64,000 nucleotides of DNA, taken from Terriglobia bacterium. Its GTDB lineage: Bacteria > Acidobacteriota > Terriglobia > Terriglobales > Acidobacteriaceae. The stretch covers positions 12,544-76,543 of the forward strand of contig CAWJAA010000045.1 in assembly GCA_963840615.1 (NCBI GenBank), in the 5' to 3' direction. Shown piece by piece: positions 20,454 to 29,648 of this stretch (its first letter is position 1; every line of letters begins with the position of its first letter). A program made the position numbers and the translations under genes. The notes under the pieces were generated by a model. That model saw only the letters and a list, made by a program, of their open reading frames with translations. It made no database searches and was not told the DNA's origin.

Positions 20454-21623
20454 ATGTCTTTTTCCCGTCGCGATTTTCTAGCCACCACCGCCCTGGGCTC
20501 TCTCTCATTAGCTTTGAACGCCCAAACCCCGTCATCTTCGGCCAAGCGCCCCATCATGATTTCCGCCTTCAACGGATACGAATATCTCGACGACGCCTTC
20601 ACCATGCTGCACGGCGGCGCTGACACCCTCGATGCCGCTCTGCGCGTCGTCCGCGGCCCGGAAGACGATCCCAATGACGACTCCGTCGGCCTCGGAGGCC
20701 TTCCCAACGAAGAAGGCGTCGTCGAACTCGACTCCTGCTGCATGCACGGACCCACCCGCCGCGCCGGTTCCGTCGGCGGCGTCCGCAATATCAAGAACGT
20801 CTCCCAGGTCGCCAAAGCCGTCATGGACCACACCGGCCACGTCATGCTGGTCGGCGAGGGCGCCGAACGCTTCGCCGTGGCGCAGGGATTCCCCCGCGAG
20901 AATCTGCTCACCGAACATTCCCGCAAACTCTGGCTGCTTTACAAAGAAACTCACTCCGACTGGTGGGGACCCGGTCTCGCCGACCCCAATTGGAAGAAGC
21001 GTAAGCTTCACGGCCCGCCGCAAGCCAGCGAACTCATGCAACACATGCAGCAGGTCGCTGCCGGCATCGGTATCCCCGAAGCCGAGCGCATGGACGCCAT
21101 CCACAAAGTTCTCCGCCCGCCCACCGGCACCATCCATTGCTCCGCGCTCAACGACAAAGGAGAAATTTCCGGCTGCACGACGACCAGCGGTTTGGCCTGG
21201 AAGATTCCCGGACGCGTCGGCGACTCCGCCATCATCGGCGCTGGATGCTACACCGATCAGGACGTGGGTTCCGCCGGAGCCACCGGCAGCGGGGAAGAGA
21301 ACATCAAAGTCGCGGGAGCCCACACCATCGTAGAAAACATGCGCAAAGGCATGTCGCCTCTGGACGCCGGCATGGACGCCCTCAAGCGCATCGTCCGCAA
21401 TTACAACGGCGACATGGAACGCCTGCACTTCATGGACATGACCTATTACATCCTGCGAAAAGACGGAGCCTACGCCGGCGTCTCCCTCTGGGAAGGCTAC
21501 GGCGACTCGGCCAAGCCCCACCAGATCGCCGTCCACGATGGAACGAAACGCGCCGAAAAAACCAAGTTTCTCTTCCCCGGCCTCTCGCAAGAATGGCCCC
21601 CAAGACCCGGCAGTTTTTCGTAG
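20454..21623 (+). CDS. N4-(beta-N-acetylglucosaminyl)-L-asparaginase / isoaspartyl peptidase (Ntn hydrolase, asparaginase-2 family), Tat-exported
   Basis: Twin-arginine signal SRRDFLATTALG. The TTTSGLAWKIPGRVGDSAIIGAGCYTDQDVGSAGATGSGEENIK block closely parallels glycosylasparaginase. Confidence 0.8.
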   Translation: MSFSRRDFLATTALGSLSLALNAQTPSSSAKRPIMISAFNGYEYLDDAFTMLHGGADTLDAALRVVRGPEDDPNDDSVGLGGLPNEEGVVELDSCCMHGPTRRAGSVGGVRNIKNVSQVAKAVMDHTGHVMLVGEGAERFAVAQGFPRENLLTEHSRKLWLLYKETHSDWWGPGLADPNWKKRKLHGPPQASELMQHMQQVAAGIGIPEAERMDAIHKVLRPPTGTIHCSALNDKGEISGCTTTSGLAWKIPGRVGDSAIIGAGCYTDQDVGSAGATGSGEENIKVAGAHTIVENMRKGMSPLDAGMDALKRIVRNYNGDMERLHFMDMTYYILRKDGAYAGVSLWEGYGDSAKPHQIAVHDGTKRAEKTKFLFPGLSQEWPPRPGSFS

Positions 21624-21757
21624 CGTCAAAGTCCCGCGCTCCCCGACGCAATCGTGCGATGGCCCTCAAAGCCCTCGATGACTGCAATCGGGATTTTGCG
21701 CCAACCTGAACTCTTTGAGGATGTAGACTGCTCAAGTCTGGTGAGGATTCGTCCCCT

Positions 21758-22705
21758 ATGAGGATTTCCGACATGTGTTCATCACGGGCGTGCTCTATTT
21801 CGGTGATCTTGTGCGCAGCGCTCGCGGTGGCTGCCTCTGGTCAGAATCTGAGAGTGACGCTCCTGGGCACCGGTTCCCCGCAGCCCCGAATGGATCGTTT
21901 CGGTCCAAGTATCCTGGTCGAAGCTGGCGAAAAGAAGCTGCTATTCGATTGCGGCCGAGGCGCCACACAACGCATTGAGCAAATCAGGATTCCATTCACA
22001 GAGATCGACGCCTTGTTCCTCACGCATTTGCACTCCGATCATGTAGTAGGGATTCCTGATCTGTGGCTGACCGGTTGGGCGCGCGGGCGCAAGGTTCCTC
22101 TCCAAGTGTGGGGCCCGGCTGGAACCAAGGAAATGATGTCGCACATGAAGGAAGCCTTTCAATTTGATATTCAGATCCGCCAGGAAGACGACAAACTGCC
22201 TGCGCGCGGCGTAGATGTTCTGGCGAAGGACATCGAGCAAGGCGTCGTCTATGACAATGCCGGGATCAAAGTGACGGCGTTTACAGTCGACCACGGTCAA
22301 GTCAAGCCAGCGCTGGGCTACCGCATCGACTTTTCAGGGCACTCCGTAGTGTTTTCCGGCGACACGCGATACTCGGAGAATCTCATTCATTTTTCTCAGG
22401 GCACCGATGTTCTGATTCACGAAGTGATTGACCCGGAGGCATTTCGAGCGAAGAATCCCTCGGTGAGTGAAGAACGCTTCCGGGCAATTGCCGGGCACCA
22501 CACCACGGCGGAACAGGCTGGCATGATCTTCTCGCGCGTGAAGCCCAAGCTCGCCGTTTACTCGCACATCGTGCCCGGGGATACCACCAGTTTGCTCCCA
22601 CTCACTCGAAAAACTTACTCAGGTCCGCTGGAAGTGGGAGAAGATTTGATGACCTTTGAGATCGGAGAAGCAGTGGTGGTCCATCGTCCCGCCAAGATCA
22701 ACTGA
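21758..22705 (+). CDS. MBL-fold metallo-hydrolase (RNase Z/arylsulfatase-like), secreted
   Basis: Signal-like N-terminus. LLGTGSP....R..PSILVE followed by the LTHLHSDHVVG (HxHxDH) zinc motif. Confidence 0.8.
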   Translation: MRISDMCSSRACSISVILCAALAVAASGQNLRVTLLGTGSPQPRMDRFGPSILVEAGEKKLLFDCGRGATQRIEQIRIPFTEIDALFLTHLHSDHVVGIPDLWLTGWARGRKVPLQVWGPAGTKEMMSHMKEAFQFDIQIRQEDDKLPARGVDVLAKDIEQGVVYDNAGIKVTAFTVDHGQVKPALGYRIDFSGHSVVFSGDTRYSENLIHFSQGTDVLIHEVIDPEAFRAKNPSVSEERFRAIAGHHTTAEQAGMIFSRVKPKLAVYSHIVPGDTTSLLPLTRKTYSGPLEVGEDLMTFEIGEAVVVHRPAKIN

Positions 22706-22924
22706 CGTAACCCGCGATCTCGCTCATTGACTTTCCGAGCACCTAAGGCCTCCTTATCGCCGAAAACCAAACAGCGCGAGTAGCCAGCACAGCGAATACC
22801 ACGAAGAACCCGCCTCTCAAACGCGGAAGGCCGTTCTCCGCGCTGGCTGCGTTCCAGGATTTTCGTTCGTGCCCGGTGATCGGCCCTTCCTCCGGGCACT
22901 GGCTACCAGGTACTGCGTACTGCC

Positions 22925-23323
22925 TTACCCGTACAATTCCGCCAAAACCGCATACGCCCGCCGCAAATGCGGAATCACAATGCTCCCACCCACCACCAGT
23001 GCCACATTCAACGCCTCTTCCTGCTCCTCCCGCGATGCTCCCAACCGGTACGATTGAATGATGTGATAGTGGATGCAGTCGTCGCAGCGCAATCCCGCCG
23101 ACACCACCAGCCCCATCATCTCTTTGTACTTTGCCGGGATTGCCCCTTCCAGATAGGTATTGTGATCGATGTTGTAAAACCGCTTGACCAGAAAGTTGTC
23201 GGCCTTCTCGACGTTTTCATTCAGTCGCGTCCGCGTCTCCAGAAACCGCCGCGCCAACTCGCTCTTCTCCGCCACCTGCTTCTCGGTAAACAAGTAAACC
23301 GGTTCTTTGCGCTCAGTGTTCAT
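22925..23323 (-). CDS. carboxymuconolactone decarboxylase / AhpD-like family protein
   Basis: 132 aa with an AhpD-type CxxC (RCDDCIHYH) and helical composition. RBS-less ATG at 23323. Confidence 0.7.
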   Translation of the reverse strand: MNTERKEPVYLFTEKQVAEKSELARRFLETRTRLNENVEKADNFLVKRFYNIDHNTYLEGAIPAKYKEMMGLVVSAGLRCDDCIHYHIIQSYRLGASREEQEEALNVALVVGGSIVIPHLRRAYAVLAELYG

Positions 23324-23407
23324 GCCGAAAGGTTATCAAAATCCACGCACCCCCACCGTAGTTCTGAAGAGGCGCACCTCAGCTGCGCCTAAGCCGCGCA
23401 AAAAGTA

Positions 23408-23812
23408 GGCCTCCCGCAAGGGAGGCCACATGACTGCTGACAAACGCCTCCCACCCCGATGACGTCATCCCGAGCGACGCGAGGGATCTGGCGTGGACCA
23501 TCGAGACCCTTGCCACTGCGCCAGATCCTTCGCCCTGGCGGGCTCAGGATGACTTCATCCGAGCATGATGCGGATAGACGAGGGTTTGTCAACAATCTGA
23601 GGCCTCCCGCAAGGGAGGCCACAGACTGCTGACAAACGCCTCCCACCCCGATGACGTCATCCCGAGCGACGCGAGGGATCTGGCGTGGACCATCGAGACC
23701 CTTGCCACTGCGCCAGATCCTTCGCCCTGGCGGGCTCAGGATGACTTCATCCGAGGATGATGCGGATAGACGAGGGTTTGTCAACAATCTGAGGCCTCCC
23801 GCAAGGGAGGCC
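23408..23812. repeat. tandem array (2 full units of 193/192 bp plus a third capping hairpin) of a palindromic intergenic element
   Basis: The perfect hairpin GGCCTCCC-GCAA-GGGAGGCC occurs at 23408, 23601 and 23793. The two intervening units are near-identical, and each is a long imperfect inverted repeat (..GTCATCCCGAGCGACGCGAGGGATCTGGCG / CGCCAGATCCTTCGCC..GCTCAGGATGAC..). Confidence 0.9.
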
Positions 23813-23858
23813 AAATGCTTTCACCAACGACCAATGACCAACGACGAATGTCCAACGA

Positions 23859-24893
23859 CTAAGAAAATCTGATCTTCACATCCGGACCCTTCTCCAGGTG
23901 AATGCTGTCGATGAACCGCACCTTGCCGGTCTGCAGCGTCATGATCACCGACTGCGTCCGCGTGCCCTCGCCAAAGAAGCGCACCCCGCGCATCAAGGCG
24001 CCATCCGTGACTCCGGTCGCTGCAAAGATCATCTGCTTGCCGGGGGCCAGATCTTCCGCTTCGTAAATTCTGTTCTTATCTTTGATCCCCATGCGCGCAA
24101 TCCGCTCTTCCAGTTCCGGGGTGTCGATCACCAGCCGCCCCAGCATGTAGCCATTCAGGCACCGGATCGCCGCCGCCGTAATTACCCCCTCCGGCGCCCC
24201 ACCCGATCCCATCACTGCATGTACGCCGGTGCCAATGACCGCCGACGCGATGCCCGCTGACAGATCACCGTCGCCGATCAACCGGATCCGCGCCCCCGCT
24301 GCCCTTATGTCCGCTATCAATTTCTCGTGTCGCGGACGGTCGAGCACGATCACCACCAGGTCTTCGACATCGCGATCCAGCCGCTTGGCGATGTTTTTCA
24401 GGTTGTCGGCCACCGGAGCATCCATCTCCACCGCGTCCTTGCAGGAAGGACCGACCACGATCTTTTCCATGTAGCAGTCCGGCGCGTTCAGCAACCCACC
24501 TTTTTCCGACGCCGCTAACACCGTAATCGAGCCGGGCGCGCCGGTGGCGCAGAGGTTTGTCCCCTCCAGCGGATCGACCGCAATATCCACCTCCGGCACA
24601 TCCTTGCCGTCAGGAAATTCCGCGCCTACCTTCTCCCCGATGTACAGCATTGGTGCCTCATCCCGCTCGCCTTCGCCAATCACGATCGTCCCGCGCATGG
24701 GCACCGTATCCATCGTGTGCCGCATGGCTTCCGTCGCTACGTGGTCCGAGAGCTTGCGTTCTCCCTGACCCATGGTTCGCGCTGACGCAATCGCCGCGTT
24801 TTCCACCACGCGAATAAACTCGAGCGCCAGATCGGTCTCCAGGTTCTCTCCAAAACACTTCGCAGTCGTTCCGTTTTTGGTTTGTGTAGTCAT
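23859..24893 (-). CDS. glpX: class II fructose-1,6-bisphosphatase
   Basis: [67 protein letters not shown] and GIGGAPEGV-like blocks (here [10 protein letters not shown]) are characteristic of GlpX. Start at ATG 24893, not 25007. Confidence 0.9.
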   Translation of the reverse strand: MTTQTKNGTTAKCFGENLETDLALEFIRVVENAAIASARTMGQGERKLSDHVATEAMRHTMDTVPMRGTIVIGEGERDEAPMLYIGEKVGAEFPDGKDVPEVDIAVDPLEGTNLCATGAPGSITVLAASEKGGLLNAPDCYMEKIVVGPSCKDAVEMDAPVADNLKNIAKRLDRDVEDLVVIVLDRPRHEKLIADIRAAGARIRLIGDGDLSAGIASAVIGTGVHAVMGSGGAPEGVITAAAIRCLNGYMLGRLVIDTPELEERIARMGIKDKNRIYEAEDLAPGKQMIFAATGVTDGALMRGVRFFGEGTRTQSVIMTLQTGKVRFIDSIHLEKGPDVKIRFS

Positions 24894-25046
24894 AAGGGCT
24901 CCAAGTAAACCGGCATGTGAATATACCCTCAACCGCGATCCGAAGGAAGTGCTTACATCACAAACAAGCCCATGGCTTTGACGTCGCCTCCCCGGCCATC
25001 TCCGCACTTTTCTCTCCGCCCCGCCGGATGCCTCATGGTTCGCACC

Positions 25047-25622
25047 CTAATAGCCAGAACAAAACTGAAAATGCATTGCATCCCGTCCTCGTCCCTTCCA
25101 CTCCCCGCCCCATTCGAACCCGGCTTCACGAAATATCGCCACGACCCCCAGGTCCATATCCCCCGCCGTTCCCAGCCGGTTAGTTTCCGGATTCAAATCA
25201 ATCGCGATCCCCCAACTATGGGTCGATAATTTCGTCCCGCTCCGCTGCGGCCGATACATGAAACACCCGCCAAAGGTGGTAACTTTCGGCGCCAGTCCCG
25301 CCGCCAGAATCCGTGCAAACACCTCGCCGAAGATTCCCCTCAGCCGCCGGTGACAGCGGAAGGCCGCGATGGTCTTTGAGCGATCCCATGCCAGGAGCAA
25401 AGAAAACGGCAACTCCAACCGCATCAGAGATTTACTTTCCCATCGCGGATCCAGTTCCCCGTCCGCCTCCACGAACTGCCCGATCTCCCCAAACTCACGC
25501 ACAATTCCCGCCAACCCGACCGGCGCCTGCACCCCTGACTCACTCATCCTCCATCCCACCTGCTGCTCCGCAATCATCAGTTCCTCCAGAAGAATCGCCC
25601 GTACACACGTATGGGCAGCCAT
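25047..25622 (-). CDS. M15-family (VanY / hedgehog-type) zinc D,D- or L,D-peptidase
   Basis: LSTHSWGIAIDLNPETN and FEWGGEWKGRGRDAMHFQF match the H-x6-D ... H zinc signature of Peptidase_M15. No signal peptide is evident. Confidence 0.7.
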   Translation of the reverse strand: MAAHTCVRAILLEELMIAEQQVGWRMSESGVQAPVGLAGIVREFGEIGQFVEADGELDPRWESKSLMRLELPFSLLLAWDRSKTIAAFRCHRRLRGIFGEVFARILAAGLAPKVTTFGGCFMYRPQRSGTKLSTHSWGIAIDLNPETNRLGTAGDMDLGVVAIFREAGFEWGGEWKGRGRDAMHFQFCSGY

Positions 25623-25681
25623 CGTGGCTGCCCACTGAAAACTCGACCGCTAACGAATTGAGCGCGCCTTGGTACCCGGTA

Positions 25682-27340
25682 CTAGGTACTGGGCACTGCA
25701 GTGTCCCAATTCTGTCGCTCCACAATCGTCGGGGGTTCGTACGTCACCCCCCGTGCCAACCTCCGCTCCTCGCGCCGCGTAGTCCACAACAACACCGGCC
25801 CCAGGAGATCTGCCACCACCCTCGCCACCACGCCGCACTCTTTCTCCACTTCCCGCCGGACCTCCCCAATCTGCTCGCTCACCTCGCGATTCACGCCGCG
25901 GAACTGCCGTTCCATCGCCCACAGCGCCGCGTTATACGCCATCCCGACTTTTTTCATCTCCCGCGCAAACCGCTCCCGTACCCGCGGATCGGGATAATCC
26001 TTGTACCGCCGGAAACCCTGCAACATGGTCTGGCAAATCCGGTACAAACTCGGACCGTTCCTCTCGAAGTCCCGCCAGAACGCCCAGTCCAGAAAGCGCT
26101 TCGAGTCATCGCGTGAGATGGCCGCATGATGAAAATTGAACTTGAACTGCCCGTGAATGTCCGCAAACTCCACATCGTCGCGCATCCGCCCCTCTTTCGA
26201 CATCTGCGCGTGCAGCGGGGTTCCCGGCACCGGCGTGTACAGCATGAACTGATGGAAATCGGTGTCGTGCTCTACCGCGTGCTCGATTTCGCCCCGAATA
26301 TTGTCGGGCGTGTGATGTTCCAGTCCGATAATGGTCGACCCTTGTACCCGTATCCCGTGTTCGCGCAGTCGCCGCGTCAGTTCCCGCGTGTCCGTTCCCT
26401 GTAATTTGCTGTAACTGGCTTGTGGAGACTCCAGCCCCATCCACAGCCACGACACCCCCAGTTCTACCAGTTCCTCCATGGTGTACTTGCGGATCGCATT
26501 GGCCGAAGCGAACACCGACAACTCCCAGCTTTTGCCCGCAGCCTTCATCAAGGCCAGCAATTCCATCGCCCGCTGCCGGTGCAGCAGAAAGTTCTCATCC
26601 ATCATAAAAAACGACTTCACCTTGAGCGTCTTTTCCATATGGCACATGACGGAAAACAGCTGCTCGCCGCTGTCGTAGAAGTTCACGAACTTCCCCTTCC
26701 CCCCAAAGAAAGCCGAAGTCGTGCAGAAATTGCACCCCATCGGACATCCCACCGACGGAATAATGGTCGCCGCCGTCGCTCCCTTCCGTTCCGGCAAGCG
26801 CACCCCCATGATCCGCGTTCGCAACCCGGAAACAATCGGCGGATGTACAATCGCCGCCCTCACGTCCTCGCCCAGGTAGCTCCGCATCCACGCGATGCCT
26901 TCGCCCTTCACAATGTGGTCGGCATCAATCATGCCTTCAATCCCCGGAATCGCCGCCGCATGCCCGCCCACCACGATCACCGACTTGGGGGACAATTCCC
27001 GCACCATGCGGCACATCTCCTTCAGTTTTTCGAAGTTCACGATGATCGACGAAATCCCCACGATGTCGTACTTGTTTTTCTGCAGTTCGCGCGCAAACCG
27101 TGCCCGCGTCGGGAAGTCCAGCACCGTGCAAGGCGCCGTAATGTTCGCCTGAATCATCAGAATCCCCCACGAACGGTGAAACATGCGCAACGAAAACGCC
27201 CCCTGCGCCCGCGTCACCTGGTTCGCGTAAAGTTCCATGGGGTTGATGCGGCGGCTGCCGAATTCATCGTCCTGGGCGTAGGGGCCGAATACCGAGGTCA
27301 ATAGCACGCGTGCCGTGGTTCCTTTGGGATGAGTCAGCAT
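25682..27340 (-). CDS. B12-binding-domain radical SAM protein (class B), substrate unknown
   Basis: N-terminal Rossmann-like cobalamin domain (YDIVGISSIIVNF...SVIVVGGHAAA), then the CPMGCNFCTT radical-SAM cluster motif and a long helical C-terminal extension. Start at ATG 27340, preceded by GGAGG. Confidence 0.8.
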   Translation of the reverse strand: MLTHPKGTTARVLLTSVFGPYAQDDEFGSRRINPMELYANQVTRAQGAFSLRMFHRSWGILMIQANITAPCTVLDFPTRARFARELQKNKYDIVGISSIIVNFEKLKEMCRMVRELSPKSVIVVGGHAAAIPGIEGMIDADHIVKGEGIAWMRSYLGEDVRAAIVHPPIVSGLRTRIMGVRLPERKGATAATIIPSVGCPMGCNFCTTSAFFGGKGKFVNFYDSGEQLFSVMCHMEKTLKVKSFFMMDENFLLHRQRAMELLALMKAAGKSWELSVFASANAIRKYTMEELVELGVSWLWMGLESPQASYSKLQGTDTRELTRRLREHGIRVQGSTIIGLEHHTPDNIRGEIEHAVEHDTDFHQFMLYTPVPGTPLHAQMSKEGRMRDDVEFADIHGQFKFNFHHAAISRDDSKRFLDWAFWRDFERNGPSLYRICQTMLQGFRRYKDYPDPRVRERFAREMKKVGMAYNAALWAMERQFRGVNREVSEQIGEVRREVEKECGVVARVVADLLGPVLLWTTRREERRLARGVTYEPPTIVERQNWDTAVPST

Positions 27341-27519
27341 GTAGTCCTCCAAGCAAGATCGTAGGCAGTGCGGCCAAATTGCGATGTGATCAGGATCAGA
27401 AAATGCAAGAAAATACAAAAAGATTACAAAGCAACGCGGCGCGCCGGCCCCGGGCTTTTGTAGAGCAGGTCTTAATCCCCCCAATAGGCTCTATAATCGT
27501 CAGTTCCAATGGAGGATGC

Positions 27520-29100
27520 TTGGCCTACGACGATCTACGCGACTGGATTGCCGCCCTCGAGCGCGCTGGTGAACTCAAGAAAATCCGCACGGAAGTTGAT
27601 CCCCATCTCGAAATCGCCGAGATCACGGACCGCGTCAGCAAGTCTCAGGCGGGGACAGCGGCCTCGGCGGTCCGGCCCGGTGGACCGGCTCTCCTGTTCC
27701 AGAACATCAAGGGCCATGCCGGTTCGCAGGTCCTGATCAACCAGTTCGGGTCCGCCCGGCGCATGAACATGGCGCTCGAGGTCGACAACCTCGACCAAGT
27801 GGCCGACCGCATCCGCGCTTTCATGGACGTGAAATCTCCCCAGGGCTTTCTCGACAAAGTCAAAATGCTTCCCATGCTGGCGGAAATGGGCAAGTTCTTT
27901 CCTAAGACGGTCTCCTCTGGCCCCTGCAAGGAAGTCATCCAGCGCGACAATTTCTCTCTCCTGGACTTTCCCATTCTGCAGTGCTGGCCGCAGGACGCCG
28001 GACGCTTCATCACCCTCCCGTGCGTCGTCACCCGCGATCCCAAGACCGGCAAGCGCAACGTCGGCATGTACCGTATGCAGGTGTATGACGAAAAAACTAC
28101 CGGCATGCACTGGCAACGCCAGAAAGTGGGGGCGGAGCATTACCGCGAAGCCCTGCGCGCCGTCGCTTCCACCGAACACGCGGGAAGCCCAGCAGCGGCG
28201 GCCGTCGACATCATGGCTCGCACTTCCGGAGGATCGGTCCTGGCCGACAACGAACGCCCCTCCGGCCGCATGGAAGTCGCCGTCGCCATCGGCACCGACC
28301 CGGCGCTGACTTTTTCCGCTATCGTGCCCGCGCCCCCTGACATCGAGGAATATCTGATTGCCGGGTTCCTTCGGCAGAAGCCGGTCGAACTGGTCAAGTG
28401 CGAAACCGTCGATCTCGAGGTTCCCGCCAACGCCGAGATCGTTCTGGAAGGCCACGTCCATCTCGACGAACTTCGCACCGAGGGACCGTTCGGCGATCAC
28501 ACCGGCTTTTATTCCCTGGAAGATCTTTATCCGGTTTTTCACGTGTCCTGCATCACCCATCGCAAAGATCCCATCTACTCGACCACCATCGTGGGCAAGC
28601 CCCCCATGGAAGACGGATGGATGGGCAAAGCGGTCGAGCGCATCTTCCTGCCGCTGATGAGGCTGACCATTCCAGAACTGGTCGACATCAACCTGCCGCT
28701 GGAAGGTGTCTTTCACAACCTGATGATGGTTTCCATCAGGAAGTCCTATCCCGGACAAGCGCGCAAGGTGATGAACGCCATCTGGTCGCTCGGCCAGGCC
28801 ATGTTCACCAAGTGCGTCATCGTGGTCGATGAAGACGTGAACGTGCAGGACGCTGGTGAAGTTGTGCTCAAAGTTCTTAACCACATTGATCCCGAGCGCG
28901 ACATCCAGTTCACGCTCGGTCCGGTCGACTCGCTCGACCACGCCTCGCGCCTGCCCAATTACGGATCGAAGATGGGCATCGACGCCACCCGCAAATGGGC
29001 GAGCGAAGGCTTCACCCGTCCCTGGCCCGATGAGATTCTCATGGACGCCAAGACCAAGGCAGCCGTCGATAAGAAGTGGAAGGAACTGGGAATCGATTGA
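27520..29100 (+). CDS. UbiD-family (prenyl-FMN dependent) decarboxylase, probably the menaquinone/futalosine-branch enzyme
   Basis: YDDLRDWIAALERAGELKKI N-terminus, then ..GRFITLPCVVTRDPKTGKRNVGMYRMQV.. and ..EGPFGDHTGFYS.. blocks, all typical of UbiD. Start tentatively TTG 27520, after GGAGGA; the track ORF begins at 27310. Confidence 0.8.
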   Translation: MAYDDLRDWIAALERAGELKKIRTEVDPHLEIAEITDRVSKSQAGTAASAVRPGGPALLFQNIKGHAGSQVLINQFGSARRMNMALEVDNLDQVADRIRAFMDVKSPQGFLDKVKMLPMLAEMGKFFPKTVSSGPCKEVIQRDNFSLLDFPILQCWPQDAGRFITLPCVVTRDPKTGKRNVGMYRMQVYDEKTTGMHWQRQKVGAEHYREALRAVASTEHAGSPAAAAVDIMARTSGGSVLADNERPSGRMEVAVAIGTDPALTFSAIVPAPPDIEEYLIAGFLRQKPVELVKCETVDLEVPANAEIVLEGHVHLDELRTEGPFGDHTGFYSLEDLYPVFHVSCITHRKDPIYSTTIVGKPPMEDGWMGKAVERIFLPLMRLTIPELVDINLPLEGVFHNLMMVSIRKSYPGQARKVMNAIWSLGQAMFTKCVIVVDEDVNVQDAGEVVLKVLNHIDPERDIQFTLGPVDSLDHASRLPNYGSKMGIDATRKWASEGFTRPWPDEILMDAKTKAAVDKKWKELGID

Positions 29101-29170
29101 CGATTGTCGATTTTTGATTGTTGATTGAAGATCCTGACTGCCTCCAGCACGATTACTGGTCTCTAAATAC

Positions 29171-29204
29171 AAAAGGCGCTGGCCGGTGGCCAACGCCTTT
29201 TGTG
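29171..29204 (+). terminator. rho-independent terminator after the UbiD-family gene
   Basis: AAAAGGCGCTGGC / GCCAACGCCTTTT stem (12 of 13 positions paired) with a short loop, followed by TTTTGTG. Confidence 0.7.
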
Positions 29205-29207
29205 ACT

Positions 29208-29224
29208 CTATACTTTCAGTATAG
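29208..29224. promoter_or_regulatory. AT-rich perfect inverted repeat CTATACT-TTC-AGTATAG, candidate operator or -10-like element
   Basis: A 7-bp perfect palindrome in a 548-bp intergenic region of a GC-rich genome. Function unknown. Confidence 0.25.
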
Positions 29225-29648
29225 CAAATTGCTTAGGGGGAGTCGGACAAATTAGCAAAAAGATATTCGGGTTGGAATCAGTGTCTTGCGGGGAAACGAG
29301 GGATTTAGGGGGCTTGACAAGAAAAGCCGACGGCGGACCGAAGACCCAGGCGGGTGGCCGAGAATTGCCTTTGTGGGACCCATCCGCCACCGCACCCCTG
29401 CGACAGGCGTCTCCAGGGCACACCCTGGCAGCCCTTGGCTCTCAGCATCTGAGGAGGGACAAGCGGCTGACAATCCCACTTAGTCATCCACAATGCCTCA
29501 TCGGCGTGCCCTGCCTTCCTAAATCTGACAAACAATTTACAACTAGCGCTTGTAGTAGAGGCGGGGGCAACATAAGATCGCGCGCACGTTCCGGCTCCAT
29601 GACCCGGGATGGATGGCTACTCACCCTGAAATGTCTTAAGGAGACAAC

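Noticed and set aside
23408-23812. Possible CRISPR array
   Set aside because: The repeat period is ~193 bp and the inter-hairpin segments are themselves near-identical rather than unique spacers. There are only 2-3 units and no cas genes in the window.
23389-23814. 141-aa ORF (MASLAGGLRLLTNPRLSAS...) as a repeat-containing protein
   Set aside because: Its internal duplication is simply the translation of the 193-bp DNA tandem repeat and hairpins. It has no start context and sits in an intergenic gap, so it is treated as a non-coding repeat.
25047-25622. M15 peptidase as a phage endolysin remnant or prophage marker
   Set aside because: No holin, tail, capsid, terminase or integrase genes are adjacent. 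Its neighbours are glpX and a radical SAM gene.
29280-29420. Cobalamin riboswitch upstream of 29649
   Set aside because: Only fragmentary resemblance: a GGTG..GAGAAT..CC stretch, a GGGACCC..CGCCAC stretch, and a 9/12 match to the B12-box core. Element order and pairing could not be reconciled with the consensus, and the downstream gene has no evident B12 link. It needs an Infernal scan before any claim.
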